This document shows positions 63,519-64,000 of a stretch of DNA of 64,000 bases, one piece after another (the stretch's first letter is position 1; each line of letters begins with the position of its first letter). The stretch covers positions 186,001 to 250,000 of the forward strand of contig NW_025766337.1 of the NCBI RefSeq assembly GCF_003918875.1, written 5' to 3'. The position numbers and the translations under genes were made by a program. The notes below the pieces were generated by a model that saw nothing but the letters and a program-made list of their open reading frames with translations, did no database searches and was not told the DNA's origin. The stretch comes from Haliotis rubra. Taxonomy: Eukaryota.

Positions 63519-64000
63519 CCTTTCACAGAATATGGAAGTTGTATATTCATAAAAAGTGTCATCATTCTTCCTTTCCGTAACCTTGAACAAGACTCCATTC
63601 GTTACCACTCGACCCTTTCTGTAACCTCCAAGAATGCTTGCTTTGGAGATTTTACGTGCGCTTTCCGATATGTTTATGTAATATACAGCTACCAGTTTCA
63701 AAACAACATGAATTTTATATTGATCAACTTGAAACTTAAACACTGTGCTCATATTTCACTTCACTGGGGATATTGTAGTCTCATTTTTGGTTTTGTTCTT
63801 TGTATCTTTTTCAGAGTATTATTTTTTATTCCACCTGGGATATAACTGGCACGTTACCTAATTTAATTACATTTAGTGATTGACACTAAATGCGGTTATC
63901 AAAACCATTCTCTTACATCCTTCGCATTTGTATCCGCGTTCTTGTGTTTACTTCCGCATTCTGTTATCTGCCGCCATAGTTACGTCACTTAGTTACCAAT

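Overview
Repeat-rich animal genomic DNA with a 300-N assembly gap (19838-20137). The SINE families and gene content suggest a gastropod mollusc, probably abalone (Haliotis); this is an inference. Nearly all long ORFs in the supplied track are tandem-repeat artefacts, and the real genes are spliced and were rebuilt by hand. (1) A complete 17-exon pescadillo (PES1) gene on the minus strand, 34706->13085, 625 aa. (2) A 4-exon secreted 10-cysteine prokineticin/colipase-fold peptide gene (+, 6307-11946) and the 5' part of a probable head-to-head paralog (-, ATG 1923, running off the window). (3) Two tail-to-tail paralogous secreted C-type lectin genes (+ 43878-46993; - 54038->50875) with non-canonical sugar motifs. 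The remainder is SINEs of three families, a deleted mariner, several MITEs, Helentron-type elements, Penelope-type hammerhead-like motifs and many minisatellites. Most unusual: minisatellites built from real 3' splice sites plus exon starts, including 15 copies of a PES1 AG|GT acceptor that could be removed by recursive splicing; a tRNA-less SINE family whose 5' end folds into a pseudoknotted multi-stem RNA; and several minimal hammerhead-like motifs, two of them forming a palindrome.
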